The notes beneath the pieces were generated by a model. That model was not told where the DNA came from and did no database searches. It was given only the letters and a program-made list of their open reading frames with translations. Positions 46,126 through 56,012 of a stretch of 64,000 bases of DNA are shown piece by piece. The stretch lies in the NCBI GenBank assembly GCA_963825005.1, contig CAWGRP010000009.1:24719-88718 (forward strand), given 5' to 3'. The stretch is from an uncultured delta proteobacterium. Lineage in GTDB: Bacteria > Desulfobacterota > Syntrophorhabdia > Syntrophorhabdales > WCHB1-27. Numbering within the stretch: position 1 is the first letter of the stretch; each line of letters opens with the position of its first letter. Made by a program: the position numbers and the translations under genes.

Positions 46126-48620
46126 ACCGGGCATGGCTTTACATTCCAGATTTCCTTGGCGTATTCCGCGATAGTTCGATCACTTGAGAATTTACCTGAG
46201 CCGGCCACGTTCAGGATCGCTTTTTGCGCCCATGCTTGCGGATCTTTATATAGCTCGCAGAGGCGCTGGTCTGCTTCGAGATAGGATTTAAGGTCTGCCA
46301 GGTGCATGTAGTGGTCCCCGTGTGTCAGGAGCGTATCGCGCACAGGAGCGAAGATGCCTGGTTCATAACGGCTGAAGTAATCCGAGAAGATAAGATCCAG
46401 TGCTGCACGGGTCTCCGGCTCGTTCTCGTAGTGCCATTGCGGGCTGTACCATCCGCTACTACTGACAACCTGGTCCGCAGTCAGACCGAACAGGAAGAAG
46501 TTCTCTTCACCTGCTTCTTCAGCCATCTCAATGGTCGCGCCGTCGCGCGTGCCGATCGTCAATGCGCCGTTCATCATGAATTTCATATTGCTCGTGCCGC
46601 TGGCCTCGTACCCCGCGGTCGATATCTGGTTGGATACATCACTGGCGGGAATCAGCCGCTCCGCGACCGACACGCAGTAGTCGGGAATGAAGACTACCTT
46701 GAGTTTGTCGCGCACAGCCGGGTCGCCATCGATGGTACCCGCAAGGTTGTTGATGAACTTGATGATGAGCTTGGCCAGATGGTAGGCAGGCGCTGCCTTG
46801 CCGGCGAAGAAGAACGTGCGCCGCGGCAGGTCGAGCCCGGGGTTTTCCCGTAGTCTATTGTACAGTACGACAATGCGTAAAGCATTGAGCAGTTGCCGCT
46901 TATACTCATGGATGCGCTTCACCTGGCAGTCAAAAATGGTGTCAGGGTCCACGATCTGGCCGCTGGTTAATTTGAGCCAGTCCGCTAACCGCACTTTAGC
47001 ATCACGGTTCGCTTTGAGAAAGGTGTCGCCGAATGTTTTGTCATTCGCAAAGGGTTTGAGTTTCTTCAGCTGATCGAGGTCCGTGATCCACCCGTCGCCG
47101 ATGGCATCGGTGATGGTGCGGGAAAGGGCCGGGTTACATAAGAGCAGCCAGCGCCGGGGAGTGACTCCATTCGTTTTATTGTTGAAGCGCTCGGGGTACA
47201 TCTCGGCAAGGTCCTTGACCGTGATCGTACGCAAAAGGCCCGAATGAATTGCAGCCACGCCGTTAGTGCTGTGAGAACCCACAATCGCCAGGTTTGCCAT
47301 CCTGACTTTGCGGCCGGCGCCCTCTTCTATGAGGCTCACGTTAGCGACCCGTTGATTGTCGCCGGGGAAGCGGGTCTCGACCGAAATGAGAAGACGGCGG
47401 TTGATCTCATAGATGATTTCCATTAGACGGGGCTGTATTAATTCAAACCAGGCGACAGGCCATTTCTCCAGTGCTTCGGGCAGAAGCGTGTGGTTCGTGT
47501 ACGCGAGCGTTCGCTGAGTGATGTCCCAGGCCTCGTCCCACCCCAGTTTCGCTTCATCAAGCAGAATGCGCATCAACTCAGGGACCGCCATGGAAGGGTG
47601 CGTATCGTTGAGCTGAATCGCAACCTTCTCCGGTAGCTTGCTCCAGTCGGCGTTGCTCCGGCGGAAGCGTCGCACAAGATCGGCCAGAGAACAGGCAACC
47701 AGAAAATACTCCTGGATGAAGCGCAGTCCCTGCCCTATGCTTGTCGAGTCGTCCGGATAGAGTACCCGCGTGAGCGACTCGCTGGCCAGTGTCCCGGCAA
47801 GCGCGGCCACGAAGTCGCCGCTACTGAATTTCTGAAAGTCGAAATAATCGGGTGCTGCTGCGGCCCAGAGCCGAAGCGCGTTGATGGTCTTCCCATCGTA
47901 GCCGACGACGGGACGGTCGAACGGGATGCCGAGGACGCTGCTCGGTTGGCCGGGGATCGCGCGCAAGCTTCCGCCGCTCAATTCGAACGAGCAGTTGAGC
48001 TTCACTTCGACCGCGTCCTGCAGGCGTTCCACCTCCCACGGGTCCGGGCGACGGAGCCAGTTGTCCGGCTGTTCTTGCTGCCAGCCATCCTTGATGGTCT
48101 GTTTGAAGATGCCGTACTCGTAACGCAGACCGTAACCCATGGCCGGGAGTTGCATGGTGGCCATGGAGTCAAGGAAGCACGCAGCAAGGCGGCCGAGGCC
48201 GCCATTGCCGAGGCCGGCGTCAGGTTCCTGTTCGAGTACGTCGATCCAGTCGACGTGCTTTCGCTCGGCAACCTGCATTGCAAAAGGACCGAGCAGTAAA
48301 TTCGTAAGATTGTTTGCCAGGGAGCGGCCGATGAGGAACTCCATCGACAGATAGTAGATGCGTTTCGGGTTCTTGCGCTCGTACGTATCTCCCGTAGCCA
48401 CCCATCGTTGCGAGAGGGCATCCCTCGCAGAACGGGCAGCGGCCTCAAAATGCTCGCGCGGGCTTGTCTTGTTCGAGTCAATAATATTGTCGAACATGAG
48501 GTGCCGCTCATAGAGCCCGTCTTCCCCGGTGAACTGGATCGGGCCGCACCCGTATCGTTTGAAAAGCTCAGATAAATTATTGGACAGATCAGGTGGATCG
48601 CTTATTTTCTTTGCGCTCAT
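46119..48620 (-). CDS. glgP: Glycogen phosphorylase
   Basis: 833 aa with the PLP-lysine motif EASGTSNMKFMMNGALTIGTRDGATIE. Intact. Confidence 0.95.
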   Translation of the reverse strand: MSAKKISDPPDLSNNLSELFKRYGCGPIQFTGEDGLYERHLMFDNIIDSNKTSPREHFEAAARSARDALSQRWVATGDTYERKNPKRIYYLSMEFLIGRSLANNLTNLLLGPFAMQVAERKHVDWIDVLEQEPDAGLGNGGLGRLAACFLDSMATMQLPAMGYGLRYEYGIFKQTIKDGWQQEQPDNWLRRPDPWEVERLQDAVEVKLNCSFELSGGSLRAIPGQPSSVLGIPFDRPVVGYDGKTINALRLWAAAAPDYFDFQKFSSGDFVAALAGTLASESLTRVLYPDDSTSIGQGLRFIQEYFLVACSLADLVRRFRRSNADWSKLPEKVAIQLNDTHPSMAVPELMRILLDEAKLGWDEAWDITQRTLAYTNHTLLPEALEKWPVAWFELIQPRLMEIIYEINRRLLISVETRFPGDNQRVANVSLIEEGAGRKVRMANLAIVGSHSTNGVAAIHSGLLRTITVKDLAEMYPERFNNKTNGVTPRRWLLLCNPALSRTITDAIGDGWITDLDQLKKLKPFANDKTFGDTFLKANRDAKVRLADWLKLTSGQIVDPDTIFDCQVKRIHEYKRQLLNALRIVVLYNRLRENPGLDLPRRTFFFAGKAAPAYHLAKLIIKFINNLAGTIDGDPAVRDKLKVVFIPDYCVSVAERLIPASDVSNQISTAGYEASGTSNMKFMMNGALTIGTRDGATIEMAEEAGEENFFLFGLTADQVVSSSGWYSPQWHYENEPETRAALDLIFSDYFSRYEPGIFAPVRDTLLTHGDHYMHLADLKSYLEADQRLCELYKDPQAWAQKAILNVAGSGKFSSDRTIAEYAKEIWNVKPCPVE

Positions 48621-48694
48621 CTCGATATCCTTTCTATGGGTTGATACTCTTTATACCTGCGGCAGAATGTTTCACTCTTCTGCCACTTTAGTAA

Positions 48695-48742
48695 ATTTTG
48701 CGCAAAAACGCTATGAACTGTCTATAGGACCTTGGTCGTACC
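48695..48742 (-). promoter_or_regulatory. Palindrome-fused promoter of glgP
   Basis: Palindrome TATAGGACCTTGGTCGTACC (48723-48742). On the minus strand: -35 TAGACA (48719-48724), 18-nt spacer, -10 CAAAAT (48695-48700). Confidence 0.45.
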
Positions 48743-48789
48743 TGGCCGGCCTCTATGAAGAGAAGTTCTTCTCGGACCATCGGGAATTC

Positions 48790-49050
48790 TCATTCAACGA
48801 TAGGCAGAAAAATACTCGTCACTTTTCTGTTGCATTCGCGACACGTGACTTTCTGTCTGCCCACGGGTGTGAGGAGTTTATAGCGCCTGCCGTCAATCCA
48901 CGCCGCCGGCAAGGGTGATTCATAAAAAAGGTCATCGCCCTTCCCGTGTGCCAGTATTTCCTTGAAATCATGACGCCGAACAGCACATTCGACGCACAAA
49001 CCCGTAACGACGCTACTGTTTAATGGTGGCACGTTTTCCATGAGCTGCAT
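48790..49050 (-). CDS. Hypothetical small protein with two CxxC pairs
   Basis: 86-aa ORF with CVEC...CREC, a possible zinc ribbon. No family recognised. Confidence 0.3.
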   Translation of the reverse strand: MQLMENVPPLNSSVVTGLCVECAVRRHDFKEILAHGKGDDLFYESPLPAAWIDGRRYKLLTPVGRQKVTCRECNRKVTSIFLPIVE

Positions 49051-49085
49051 GTTTCCTCCCGTCCGCGCTTCTTTTACTTTTCACG

Positions 49086-49910
49086 TCACCGCAACTCATT
49101 AAGCCACGAAGGCTCTTTGAGCCATTTTTGCGCGATTTCATCTAATTCTCCGGTCTTATCGAGGAGCCTGAGGGTGTTTTCTACCATGTTGACCAGAAGA
49201 GGATCATTGGGGGGCAGAGCCACCCCGATGGGTTCGTATGAGAGCGGTTTGTCAAGCGTGATCAGTCTTGCGTCAGGGTAACGGAGGACCGAGACCTGGC
49301 AGATCGGCAGATCGGCAATCATCGCCTGCGCCTTGTCGTTCTTCACCATGTTCACGGCCTGGTCATAGTCCTGAGCAAGCTCCAGTTTCGCATTCGGGAT
49401 AAGCTTCTCGATAAAGAGCTGGCTGGTCGAACCCTTCAGCGCCACCAGAATATTCGAAGGCTTGTTCAACTTCTCCATCGTGTCGAGCGAGGCTGCATTT
49501 ACGGCTTTGACGAGGATGGACTTGCCTGAATGGAAATAGGGGCCTGCGAAGGCGACCCTGACATTGCGTGACGGAGTCATGGTCATGTTCGAGAGCACGA
49601 TATCCACCTTTCCCGCGAGGAGCGCCGGAATGAGCTCATCGAATTGCATCTGTTTCAACGTGAGCTTGACGTCCATGCCTCTGGCCAGCAGATCGGCAAG
49701 GTCCGGCTCTATACCTACGATCTTACCGCTCTTCGTCATCATATTGAGCGGCGGCATACTGGCGGCCGTGCCCACGACCAGCTCTTTTTTCGACAGGATC
49801 CGGTCGAGAACTGGCGATGTTTTCGCGGCGTCGGCCGCATACGTCCTCCCCCACGTGCAGACGATACCAACAAGCACAAATAGCGTCACTAGCAATTTCA
49901 TTTTTCGCAT
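49086..49910 (-). CDS. Amino-acid ABC transporter substrate-binding protein (family 3 SBP)
   Basis: Signal peptide MRKMKLLVTLFVLVGIV preceded by RBS GGAGGAGGAG. PBPb-type pattern LVVGTAASMPPLNM...GIEPDLA... Confidence 0.8.
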   Translation of the reverse strand: MRKMKLLVTLFVLVGIVCTWGRTYAADAAKTSPVLDRILSKKELVVGTAASMPPLNMMTKSGKIVGIEPDLADLLARGMDVKLTLKQMQFDELIPALLAGKVDIVLSNMTMTPSRNVRVAFAGPYFHSGKSILVKAVNAASLDTMEKLNKPSNILVALKGSTSQLFIEKLIPNAKLELAQDYDQAVNMVKNDKAQAMIADLPICQVSVLRYPDARLITLDKPLSYEPIGVALPPNDPLLVNMVENTLRLLDKTGELDEIAQKWLKEPSWLNELR

Positions 49911-49936
49911 TTCAAATCTCCTCCTCCATAGAACCA

Positions 49937-50362
49937 TTAAGACGTGTGGTCGGCTTTGATCTTTTGTTGTGCCTGGTCCGCGCCTGTTGCCCCCTCAGCC
50001 CTCTCTCCCTTGGGCTTATCCGGCCCTTTCAGTTTGTGGATCCCTCCTGCTCTTTCTGATACCGCCGGAGCATACTGATTCTCCATGGAAAGCGAGTGGA
50101 CCGGGCATATCTCGACGCACAGATTACACGTGCAGCATTTAAGGCGATCAATCTGCCATTCCCTGCTATCCTTGGTGACCACGATGGCATAACAAGGACA
50201 GCGCCTGCTGCACATGCCGCAGAAAATGCACTTGTTGATATCATTGTCAACTCTGCCCCTGGTAATCGGGGTAAAGGTCCGTTTCTTCTTGGGGTACATG
50301 AGCGTCGCCGGACCGCTGAACAGGTTCTTGAGAACGGTCTTGGTCATCGTAAATGATCTCAT
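49937..50362 (-). CDS. echF: Ech-type hydrogenase 2x[4Fe-4S] subunit (NuoI/HycF-like)
   Basis: CIFCGMCSRRCP and CCTCNLCVEICP. It is the last gene of the six-gene set. Confidence 0.8.
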   Translation of the reverse strand: MRSFTMTKTVLKNLFSGPATLMYPKKKRTFTPITRGRVDNDINKCIFCGMCSRRCPCYAIVVTKDSREWQIDRLKCCTCNLCVEICPVHSLSMENQYAPAVSERAGGIHKLKGPDKPKGERAEGATGADQAQQKIKADHTS

Positions 50363-50374
50363 CTGCTTACTCCA

Positions 50375-51454
50375 TCACCTTTCTGTGCAGCTGATGCAGG
50401 GGTCGAGGGTGAGGATGATATTAGGAACATCAGCAATCTCCGAACCCTTGAGCACCTTGATCATAGCCGGGATGTTGCTGAAGGTGGGTACCCGCACCCT
50501 GAATCGTGTCAGAAATTTTGAACCGTTGCCTTTGACATAGTGAATCACTTCACCCCGGGGCTGCTCTATGCGGGAAAAATATTCTCCATTTGGAGTGCCC
50601 TTCACCTTGAGATCAAAAGGTCCGTCGGGGATTTTTGCCGCTGCCTGACGAACCAGATCGATAGAGTGAAACGTTTCGCGAATTCGTACCAGGCAGCGCG
50701 CATAGCAGTCTCCCGTGGTCTCAACCATCGGCTCCACATCCAGGTACTTGTAGGCGGCATACCCGATGGTTCGCATATCCATGGCTAATCCGCTCGCCCT
50801 GGCCATGGGCCCGACACAGCCGAGCTTATACGCATCTTCACGGGAGATGTATCCCACACCCACCAACCGATGCCTGATCGAGTAATCTTCGATAAAGACA
50901 GAGCAGATTTCGTCAAGATCGACTTTCAACCTGGCCAGACGCTCTACGATCCCTTTCAGGGTATCGGCGTCGATATCGCGTCTCACTCCTCCAACCTTGC
51001 AGACGCCGAGGATGACCCTGGCGCCGGTGGTTCCTTCAAATATATCGAGCACCGACTCTCGCAACCTCAGGCTCTGCATGAAGAGGCTCTCAAAACCGAA
51101 CGCATCGGCAGCCACGCCAAGCCAGAATATATGACTGTGAATCCGTGACAGCTCAGCCCATATGGTCCTCAGATAGAGCGCGCGCTCCGGTACCTCAATA
51201 CCCATGATCTCTTCGACCGCCTGACTGTATCCCAGCGAGTGCATGAAGCTGCACAGACCGCAGATCCGGTCGGCAACGTGCACAAAATCAATGAAATCTC
51301 TTTTTTCGATCAACCTTTCCAGTCCCCGGTGCACGTAGCTTATCGAGGGAATAGCGTCCACAATCTTCTCATCTTCCGTCACGAGATCGAAATGGATCGG
51401 CTCGGGAAGAACGGGATGCTGCGGTCCGAAAGGGATGACATTCTTATGAGCCAT
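50375..51454 (-). CDS. echE: Ech-type (group 4) [NiFe] hydrogenase large subunit
   Basis: N-terminal Ni-binding RICGLCSFMH and C-terminal DPCISCTER. 359 aa, NuoD-like. Confidence 0.9.
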   Translation of the reverse strand: MAHKNVIPFGPQHPVLPEPIHFDLVTEDEKIVDAIPSISYVHRGLERLIEKRDFIDFVHVADRICGLCSFMHSLGYSQAVEEIMGIEVPERALYLRTIWAELSRIHSHIFWLGVAADAFGFESLFMQSLRLRESVLDIFEGTTGARVILGVCKVGGVRRDIDADTLKGIVERLARLKVDLDEICSVFIEDYSIRHRLVGVGYISREDAYKLGCVGPMARASGLAMDMRTIGYAAYKYLDVEPMVETTGDCYARCLVRIRETFHSIDLVRQAAAKIPDGPFDLKVKGTPNGEYFSRIEQPRGEVIHYVKGNGSKFLTRFRVRVPTFSNIPAMIKVLKGSEIADVPNIILTLDPCISCTER

Positions 51455-51465
51455 GGAAAATACCT

Positions 51466-51972
51466 CTACTCCTTTTGCGCTTCAGGGGCTTCTGCCTTTT
51501 GTGGTTCAGGGGCTTCTGACTTCTCTGCCTCGGTAGTTTGGGTTTGGGCTTCTGCCTGCTGCTTCGGTTTTTCGGCCGCCGGTGCAGGGGCAGTGCCTTT
51601 CTGCTTCGGGGGCTCCGGCAGCTTGACATTCTCCACGCTGAAGGGCGCCTTGATCGCGGTGCGGTACAGAGTGCCGCCATAGTCGATATTTATATTCTTG
51701 ATGACGACACCGAAGAGGTCGTGTATTTCGTTTTCGTAGAGAAACGCGTTCGTATAGACCGCGCTGATGCTCGGCAGTTCTTCTTCCGGCCCTGCGGTAA
51801 CCCGGAGGTTTTTGAATCGATACTCCTTGTCAAACGAATAGTTGATCTCATAGCCGTTCTCAAGCGTGCTGCAACCGATCTGCACCAGACGAAAGCCTTC
51901 TGCGAAAAGCTGAGCCACAGCGCCAACCAGATCGCTCTTTCCTATAGGGATGATTTCCTGGGGTTCACTCAT
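51466..51972 (-). CDS. echD: Ech-type hydrogenase NuoC-like subunit with low-complexity C-terminal tail
   Basis: A 30-kDa-subunit-like core followed by PEPPKQKGTAPAPAAEKPKQQAEAQTQTTEAEKSEAPEPQKAEAPEAQKE. Confidence 0.7.
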   Translation of the reverse strand: MSEPQEIIPIGKSDLVGAVAQLFAEGFRLVQIGCSTLENGYEINYSFDKEYRFKNLRVTAGPEEELPSISAVYTNAFLYENEIHDLFGVVIKNINIDYGGTLYRTAIKAPFSVENVKLPEPPKQKGTAPAPAAEKPKQQAEAQTQTTEAEKSEAPEPQKAEAPEAQKE

Positions 51973-52417
51973 GTTCGGTTCTAACCTCTCTGTTCTTCCT
52001 TTGCGCATATTTCTTTTCGAGAACCTCGCACGCCTGGATCACTCCATCAATAATCGCTTCCGGCCGGGCCGCGCACCCGGGAACATAGACATCCACCGGC
52101 ACGACCTTATCAACCCCTCCCATGACGTTATAGCAGTCCTGGAAGACACAGCCGGAGATGGCGCATAAGCCTACCGCCACGACAGCCTTGGGATTGGGCA
52201 TCTGATCGTAAAGCGTTTTCAGGACTTGTACGCTCTTCTCATTGACCGACCCCGTGGCAAGGAGTATATCCGCATGCTTCGGGTTTCCGGTGTTTATAAT
52301 GCCGAACCGCTCGAGATCGTAGAGCGGGGTAAGGCTTACGATGACCTCGGTATCGCACCCATTACAACTGGTCGCATTGTAATGAAGGACCCATGGCGAG
52401 CGTTTGAACCATCCCAT
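51965..52417 (-). CDS. echC: Ech-type hydrogenase small subunit (NuoB-like)
   Basis: CNGC...GLC...PGC cluster ligands of NuoB/HycG-type subunits. 150 aa. Confidence 0.9.
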   Translation of the reverse strand: MGWFKRSPWVLHYNATSCNGCDTEVIVSLTPLYDLERFGIINTGNPKHADILLATGSVNEKSVQVLKTLYDQMPNPKAVVAVGLCAISGCVFQDCYNVMGGVDKVVPVDVYVPGCAARPEAIIDGVIQACEVLEKKYAQRKNREVRTEHE

Positions 52418-52432
52418 GTTTTCTCTCCACTC

Positions 52433-53314
52433 TCACTTCAGTACGCTGAGAACGATAATATTGGAAACCCCTGCCACGGCCGTAAAGATCCACGAGCTTG
52501 CCAGGGTGAGTTGCCATTTGAACCGGGCGTAATTCATGTCGATAAATATCTCAAAGAGATATGCTGCCACAGATACCGCGAGCGCAATCCAGGGATTAAA
52601 TCCGAAGAACAGGTAAACCATGCCCAGCAGAAGCACATTCTCGTACCAGTGTGTGATCTCGATGAGCGCGAGTGAGGGACCTGAAAATTCGGTGGTGATC
52701 CCGCGCACTATCTCCTGATGCGCGTGGTGTGACATGGAAAGGTCGAAAGGAGACTTTCTTAGTTTGATGGTGAGTATATAGAGAAAGCCCGCAAAAACCC
52801 CTGGAAGGTAAAGTATCAGCGGCTCCGGATACTGCACGAGCTCTGCCACTTTGAAACTTCCCGTCACCTGGTACATGCCGATAGCCATGATAATGACCAT
52901 GGGCTCGTAGGCAACCATCTGGATCAACTCGCGCTCAGCGCCGATGTGGCTGTAGGGAGAACCGACAGCGTACCCTCCGAGGATGAAGAATGTCACTGCC
53001 AGGGCGAGACTGAAGATGATCAACAGGAGATCGGCGCCCGCAAAGAAAAGGGCGCCCGAAAACAGGGTGAACAGAAAAAAGAGCACGATGCTGAGATTCT
53101 GGAATTTGTTGACGACAATTCTCTCCTTTTGGAAGAGCTTCAGCACGTCAAAAAAAGGCTGCCGCAATGGCGGGCCGTATCTCCCCTGCAGTCGCGCACT
53201 CAACTTCCGATCCACGCCGGAGAGAAAGCCGCCCACAAAAGGCGCGAGCACAATAAAAACCAACATTCTCTCTATCATGCCCAGAGACTGATAGAACTCG
53301 TAGATGCTGCTCAT
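52433..53314 (-). CDS. echB: Ech-type hydrogenase membrane subunit (NuoH/HycD-like)
   Basis: Polytopic with a NuoH-like pattern (GRYGPPLRQPFFDVLKLF). The start overlaps the echA stop. Confidence 0.85.
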   Translation of the reverse strand: MSSIYEFYQSLGMIERMLVFIVLAPFVGGFLSGVDRKLSARLQGRYGPPLRQPFFDVLKLFQKERIVVNKFQNLSIVLFFLFTLFSGALFFAGADLLLIIFSLALAVTFFILGGYAVGSPYSHIGAERELIQMVAYEPMVIIMAIGMYQVTGSFKVAELVQYPEPLILYLPGVFAGFLYILTIKLRKSPFDLSMSHHAHQEIVRGITTEFSGPSLALIEITHWYENVLLLGMVYLFFGFNPWIALAVSVAAYLFEIFIDMNYARFKWQLTLASSWIFTAVAGVSNIIVLSVLK

Positions 53315-55206
53315 ATCAATGCCACCCCGAACATAACGCAAAGCAGTGTCAAGGAAATGAGAACCCCTGCGTTAAACAGGCGATCCTCGCCGAAATACTT
53401 TTCCAGGTAGTAGTTCTTGAGCTGAATGGGCTGTGCAGAGGCCATCGCGCCTTCGAACGTGATATCGTCGATATTGGCCCCACCGAGATAGGTTCCCACC
53501 CGTTTGTAGTCTTTATTGACGTATCCGAAAAAGAAGATGCCCAGGGGCAGGAGGATGAGCAGGCCAACCATCATGGCGAACGTTACCATGATGTTAAAGC
53601 TGTCAGGCGCAGGAACGTCACCGAACACTTCCGTGATATAGGGGTTGATAATGGCTGAAGCGATAAGCGGGAATGCAAGGCAGACCACCACTGTGCATGC
53701 CGCGAGAATATCAAGCGTGATCCACTCCCAGTTACTTACCTTATGCTCCACGACCTCGGCCTCTCCGTGCCTGACAGACATGATCTTACCCATCCATTTT
53801 GTCCAGAAAAAGACCGTGGCAGCGCTTCCATAGGCAAGTATGATCGCCATCCCGGGATTGGTGTCGATAAATGCTTTGAGTGTAACGAACTTGCTGATGA
53901 TCATCCCGAAGGGCGCAAGAAACATTCCGGCCATGCCGACCATCATCACCGCGGTGAGCTTGGGCAGGCGCATGATCAGGTAGTCCATATCCTCTATGTC
54001 ACGGCTATCCAACTTGTATTCAATAATCCCGACACAAAGGAAGAGGAGCGACTTCGCCACCGCGTGGAAGATGATCAGGAGCAGGGCTGACCAGAGCGCC
54101 GCGTGCGTGTTGATGCCTGCGCAGGCCACGATCAGACCGAGATTGGATATGGTCGAATAGGCGAGCACTTTTTTGGCATTGCTCTGGGAAATGGCCATTA
54201 ATGCGGCAATGAGGAAACTGACGCCACCGATGAGCATGAGCATCTTTGCGGCCACCGTGTTCTCAAGCGCCGGGGCCACTCTCAGGATGATGTAGACTCC
54301 GGCTTTTACCATCGTGCTCGAATGAAGCAGCGCCGACACCGGCGTCGGAGCAACCATGGCGCCGGTGAGCCAGGAAGAAAACGGTAACTGGCCGGCTTTT
54401 ACAATTCCTGCGAATGCGATGCAGACCGCGGGCAGCAGGGCGTAGTTCTGGTCGAGGCGGATCAGTTTGTCGAGCTCCATGGTGTGGGAGGAGTTATACA
54501 GGCAGACGAGCCCGATGGCGAAGACCACGCCTCCCAGCAGGTTCATCTTCAGGGCCCTGAACATACTCGCAACGGACGGCTTGTCATTTCTATACCCGAT
54601 CAAGAGAGCCGAGCAGATCGTGGTTATCTCCCAGAAGAAATAGAGCCAGATCAGATTGTTGGAAAAAATGATGCCGAACATGGCGGACAGGAAAAGATAG
54701 AAGAGGAAAGTAAAATAACGCCGCCTCTCCTTCACCTCCTTGTGGTGCTCGTGATATTCGGGAAGATAGCCGATGGCGTAGAGGCAGATGGCGCTGCCGA
54801 TAATGCCGACGATGAGCGCCATGATGATCGAGAATTTGTCTATGAACAGACTGTTCTCGATCTCCATCGTGCCGCCTGCAGAAAACTCGAAGACTATCAT
54901 GATCAGCGATTGCACAACGACGAGCAGCACGGGCAGGTACTGTTTTGCTTTGAGGGAGATATAAACGATGAACGCCGCGATGAGCACCTCTATCCCCAAC
55001 ATCAACATATTCACGAGATGGGTCTCAGCGTGGAAGTATACAGCGTCCTTATCCAGATACGCGACCAGCAGGTAGATCGGCACTGCGCACAGCACAACAT
55101 TGGCAATGACACCGATCGTTTTTCTGAGAGCCGTTCCAACGGGCAGCACAAGCGCCAATCCTGCGATGCCTAACGGAAAAAGTATCAGGAAAATGAGCGC
55201 ATTCAC
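53311..55206 (-). CDS. echA: Ech-type hydrogenase antiporter-like membrane subunit (NuoL/HyfB-like)
   Basis: 631 aa with about 14-16 TM segments, in the proton-conducting Mrp/NuoL family. Confidence 0.85.
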   Translation of the reverse strand: MNALIFLILFPLGIAGLALVLPVGTALRKTIGVIANVVLCAVPIYLLVAYLDKDAVYFHAETHLVNMLMLGIEVLIAAFIVYISLKAKQYLPVLLVVVQSLIMIVFEFSAGGTMEIENSLFIDKFSIIMALIVGIIGSAICLYAIGYLPEYHEHHKEVKERRRYFTFLFYLFLSAMFGIIFSNNLIWLYFFWEITTICSALLIGYRNDKPSVASMFRALKMNLLGGVVFAIGLVCLYNSSHTMELDKLIRLDQNYALLPAVCIAFAGIVKAGQLPFSSWLTGAMVAPTPVSALLHSSTMVKAGVYIILRVAPALENTVAAKMLMLIGGVSFLIAALMAISQSNAKKVLAYSTISNLGLIVACAGINTHAALWSALLLIIFHAVAKSLLFLCVGIIEYKLDSRDIEDMDYLIMRLPKLTAVMMVGMAGMFLAPFGMIISKFVTLKAFIDTNPGMAIILAYGSAATVFFWTKWMGKIMSVRHGEAEVVEHKVSNWEWITLDILAACTVVVCLAFPLIASAIINPYITEVFGDVPAPDSFNIMVTFAMMVGLLILLPLGIFFFGYVNKDYKRVGTYLGGANIDDITFEGAMASAQPIQLKNYYLEKYFGEDRLFNAGVLISLTLLCVMFGVALI

Positions 55207-55245
55207 GGTATCATCACCGCCTCAAATGATCTTGTCGCTACCTGC

Positions 55246-55292
55246 ATTCTCACAAAACCCTGCGGGGATGTCCATAGGACCTTGGTCTTATA
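55246..55292 (-). promoter_or_regulatory. Palindrome-fused promoter of the Ech hydrogenase operon
   Basis: Palindrome CATAGGACCTTGGTCTTATA (55273-55292). On the minus strand: -35 TGGACA (55269-55274), 17-nt spacer, extended -10 TGT-GAGAAT (55246-55254). Confidence 0.5.
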
Positions 55293-55476
55293 GTGAGAGG
55301 GAAGAGGTGAGTGAAGAGAAGTGTCGAGTGGGACGCGGAGAAAGGGAGACAGGAAGAAAGGGAGAAAGAGGGGACTTACCGAGTCTTTTCGCACTGTCAC
55401 CGTGTCACTCCGTCTCCGCGTCTCCGCGTCCCCGTGTCTCTGTCTCTCCGCGTGTCTCCGTGTCTCTTCGACTTAC
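55293..55476. repeat. Heptamer-word dyad element G (GGAGA-rich / TCTCC-rich)
   Basis: GTGAGAGGGAAGAGGTGAGTGAAGAGAAGTGTCGAGTGGGACGCGGAGAAAGGGAGACAGG..., a spacer, then CACCGTGTCACTCCGTCTCCGCGTCTCCGCGTCCCCGTGTCTCTGTCTCTCCGCG... Confidence 0.7.
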
Positions 55477-55486
55477 TAATTGCCTA

Positions 55487-55891
55487 TCAACCGGGTGTTA
55501 CTTCCCTTACCTCCGATAGCCAGTCGATCGCCTCCTCAAAGCTCGTGAACACCTTATAGGAAAATCCCTGAAGATGCAGAGATGCTTCAAACTGTTTGGC
55601 TATGGAGAGGCGTTTTTCATCCGCCGGTACCACGTTTGCGATTTTGCCTTTAAAAACGGACCCGTAACGTGCCATCTCCACTGCCAGCCGCAACACGGTA
55701 CCCATGTTGCTCTCTCCTGACATGCGTGTTTCTCTCAGATCAACGAGGATATTGTGGTCAGCGTAAAAAGAAGCGGCCACGGCAAGGTCGCGGACTATCT
55801 GTACTGAACGGTCGAAATCTATCTCTCCTGAATCATTCAGCCGAATAAAATCTTTAACTTTGTAAATCTTGATGTCGGAAGCCATATTCAC
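55487..55891 (-). CDS. Hypothetical 134-aa protein, tandem paralog 1 (possibly STAS/SpoIIAA-like fold)
   Basis: MNMASDIKIYKVKDF...ILVDLRET...KIANVVPADEKRLSIAKQFEAS...KVFTSFEEAIDWL. The fold guess rests only on the pattern and is weak. Confidence 0.6.
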   Translation of the reverse strand: MNMASDIKIYKVKDFIRLNDSGEIDFDRSVQIVRDLAVAASFYADHNILVDLRETRMSGESNMGTVLRLAVEMARYGSVFKGKIANVVPADEKRLSIAKQFEASLHLQGFSYKVFTSFEEAIDWLSEVREVTPG

Positions 55892-55906
55892 CTACCCTTT
55901 TCAGAT

Positions 55907-56012
55907 CAGTGTCGAGTGTCGAGTAAACTCAAATAAAGTTACCAGTGATCAGTGAGCAGCGAGAAACCACCGAGCAGGTGCTGATGACTCATAACTGATT
56001 ACTGGTCACTGG
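55907..56012. repeat. Heptamer-word dyad element H
   Basis: CAGTGTCGAGTGTCGAG plus GTTACCAGTGATCAGTGAGCAG, a spacer, then CTGATGACTCATAACTGATTACTGGTCACTGG. Confidence 0.65.
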
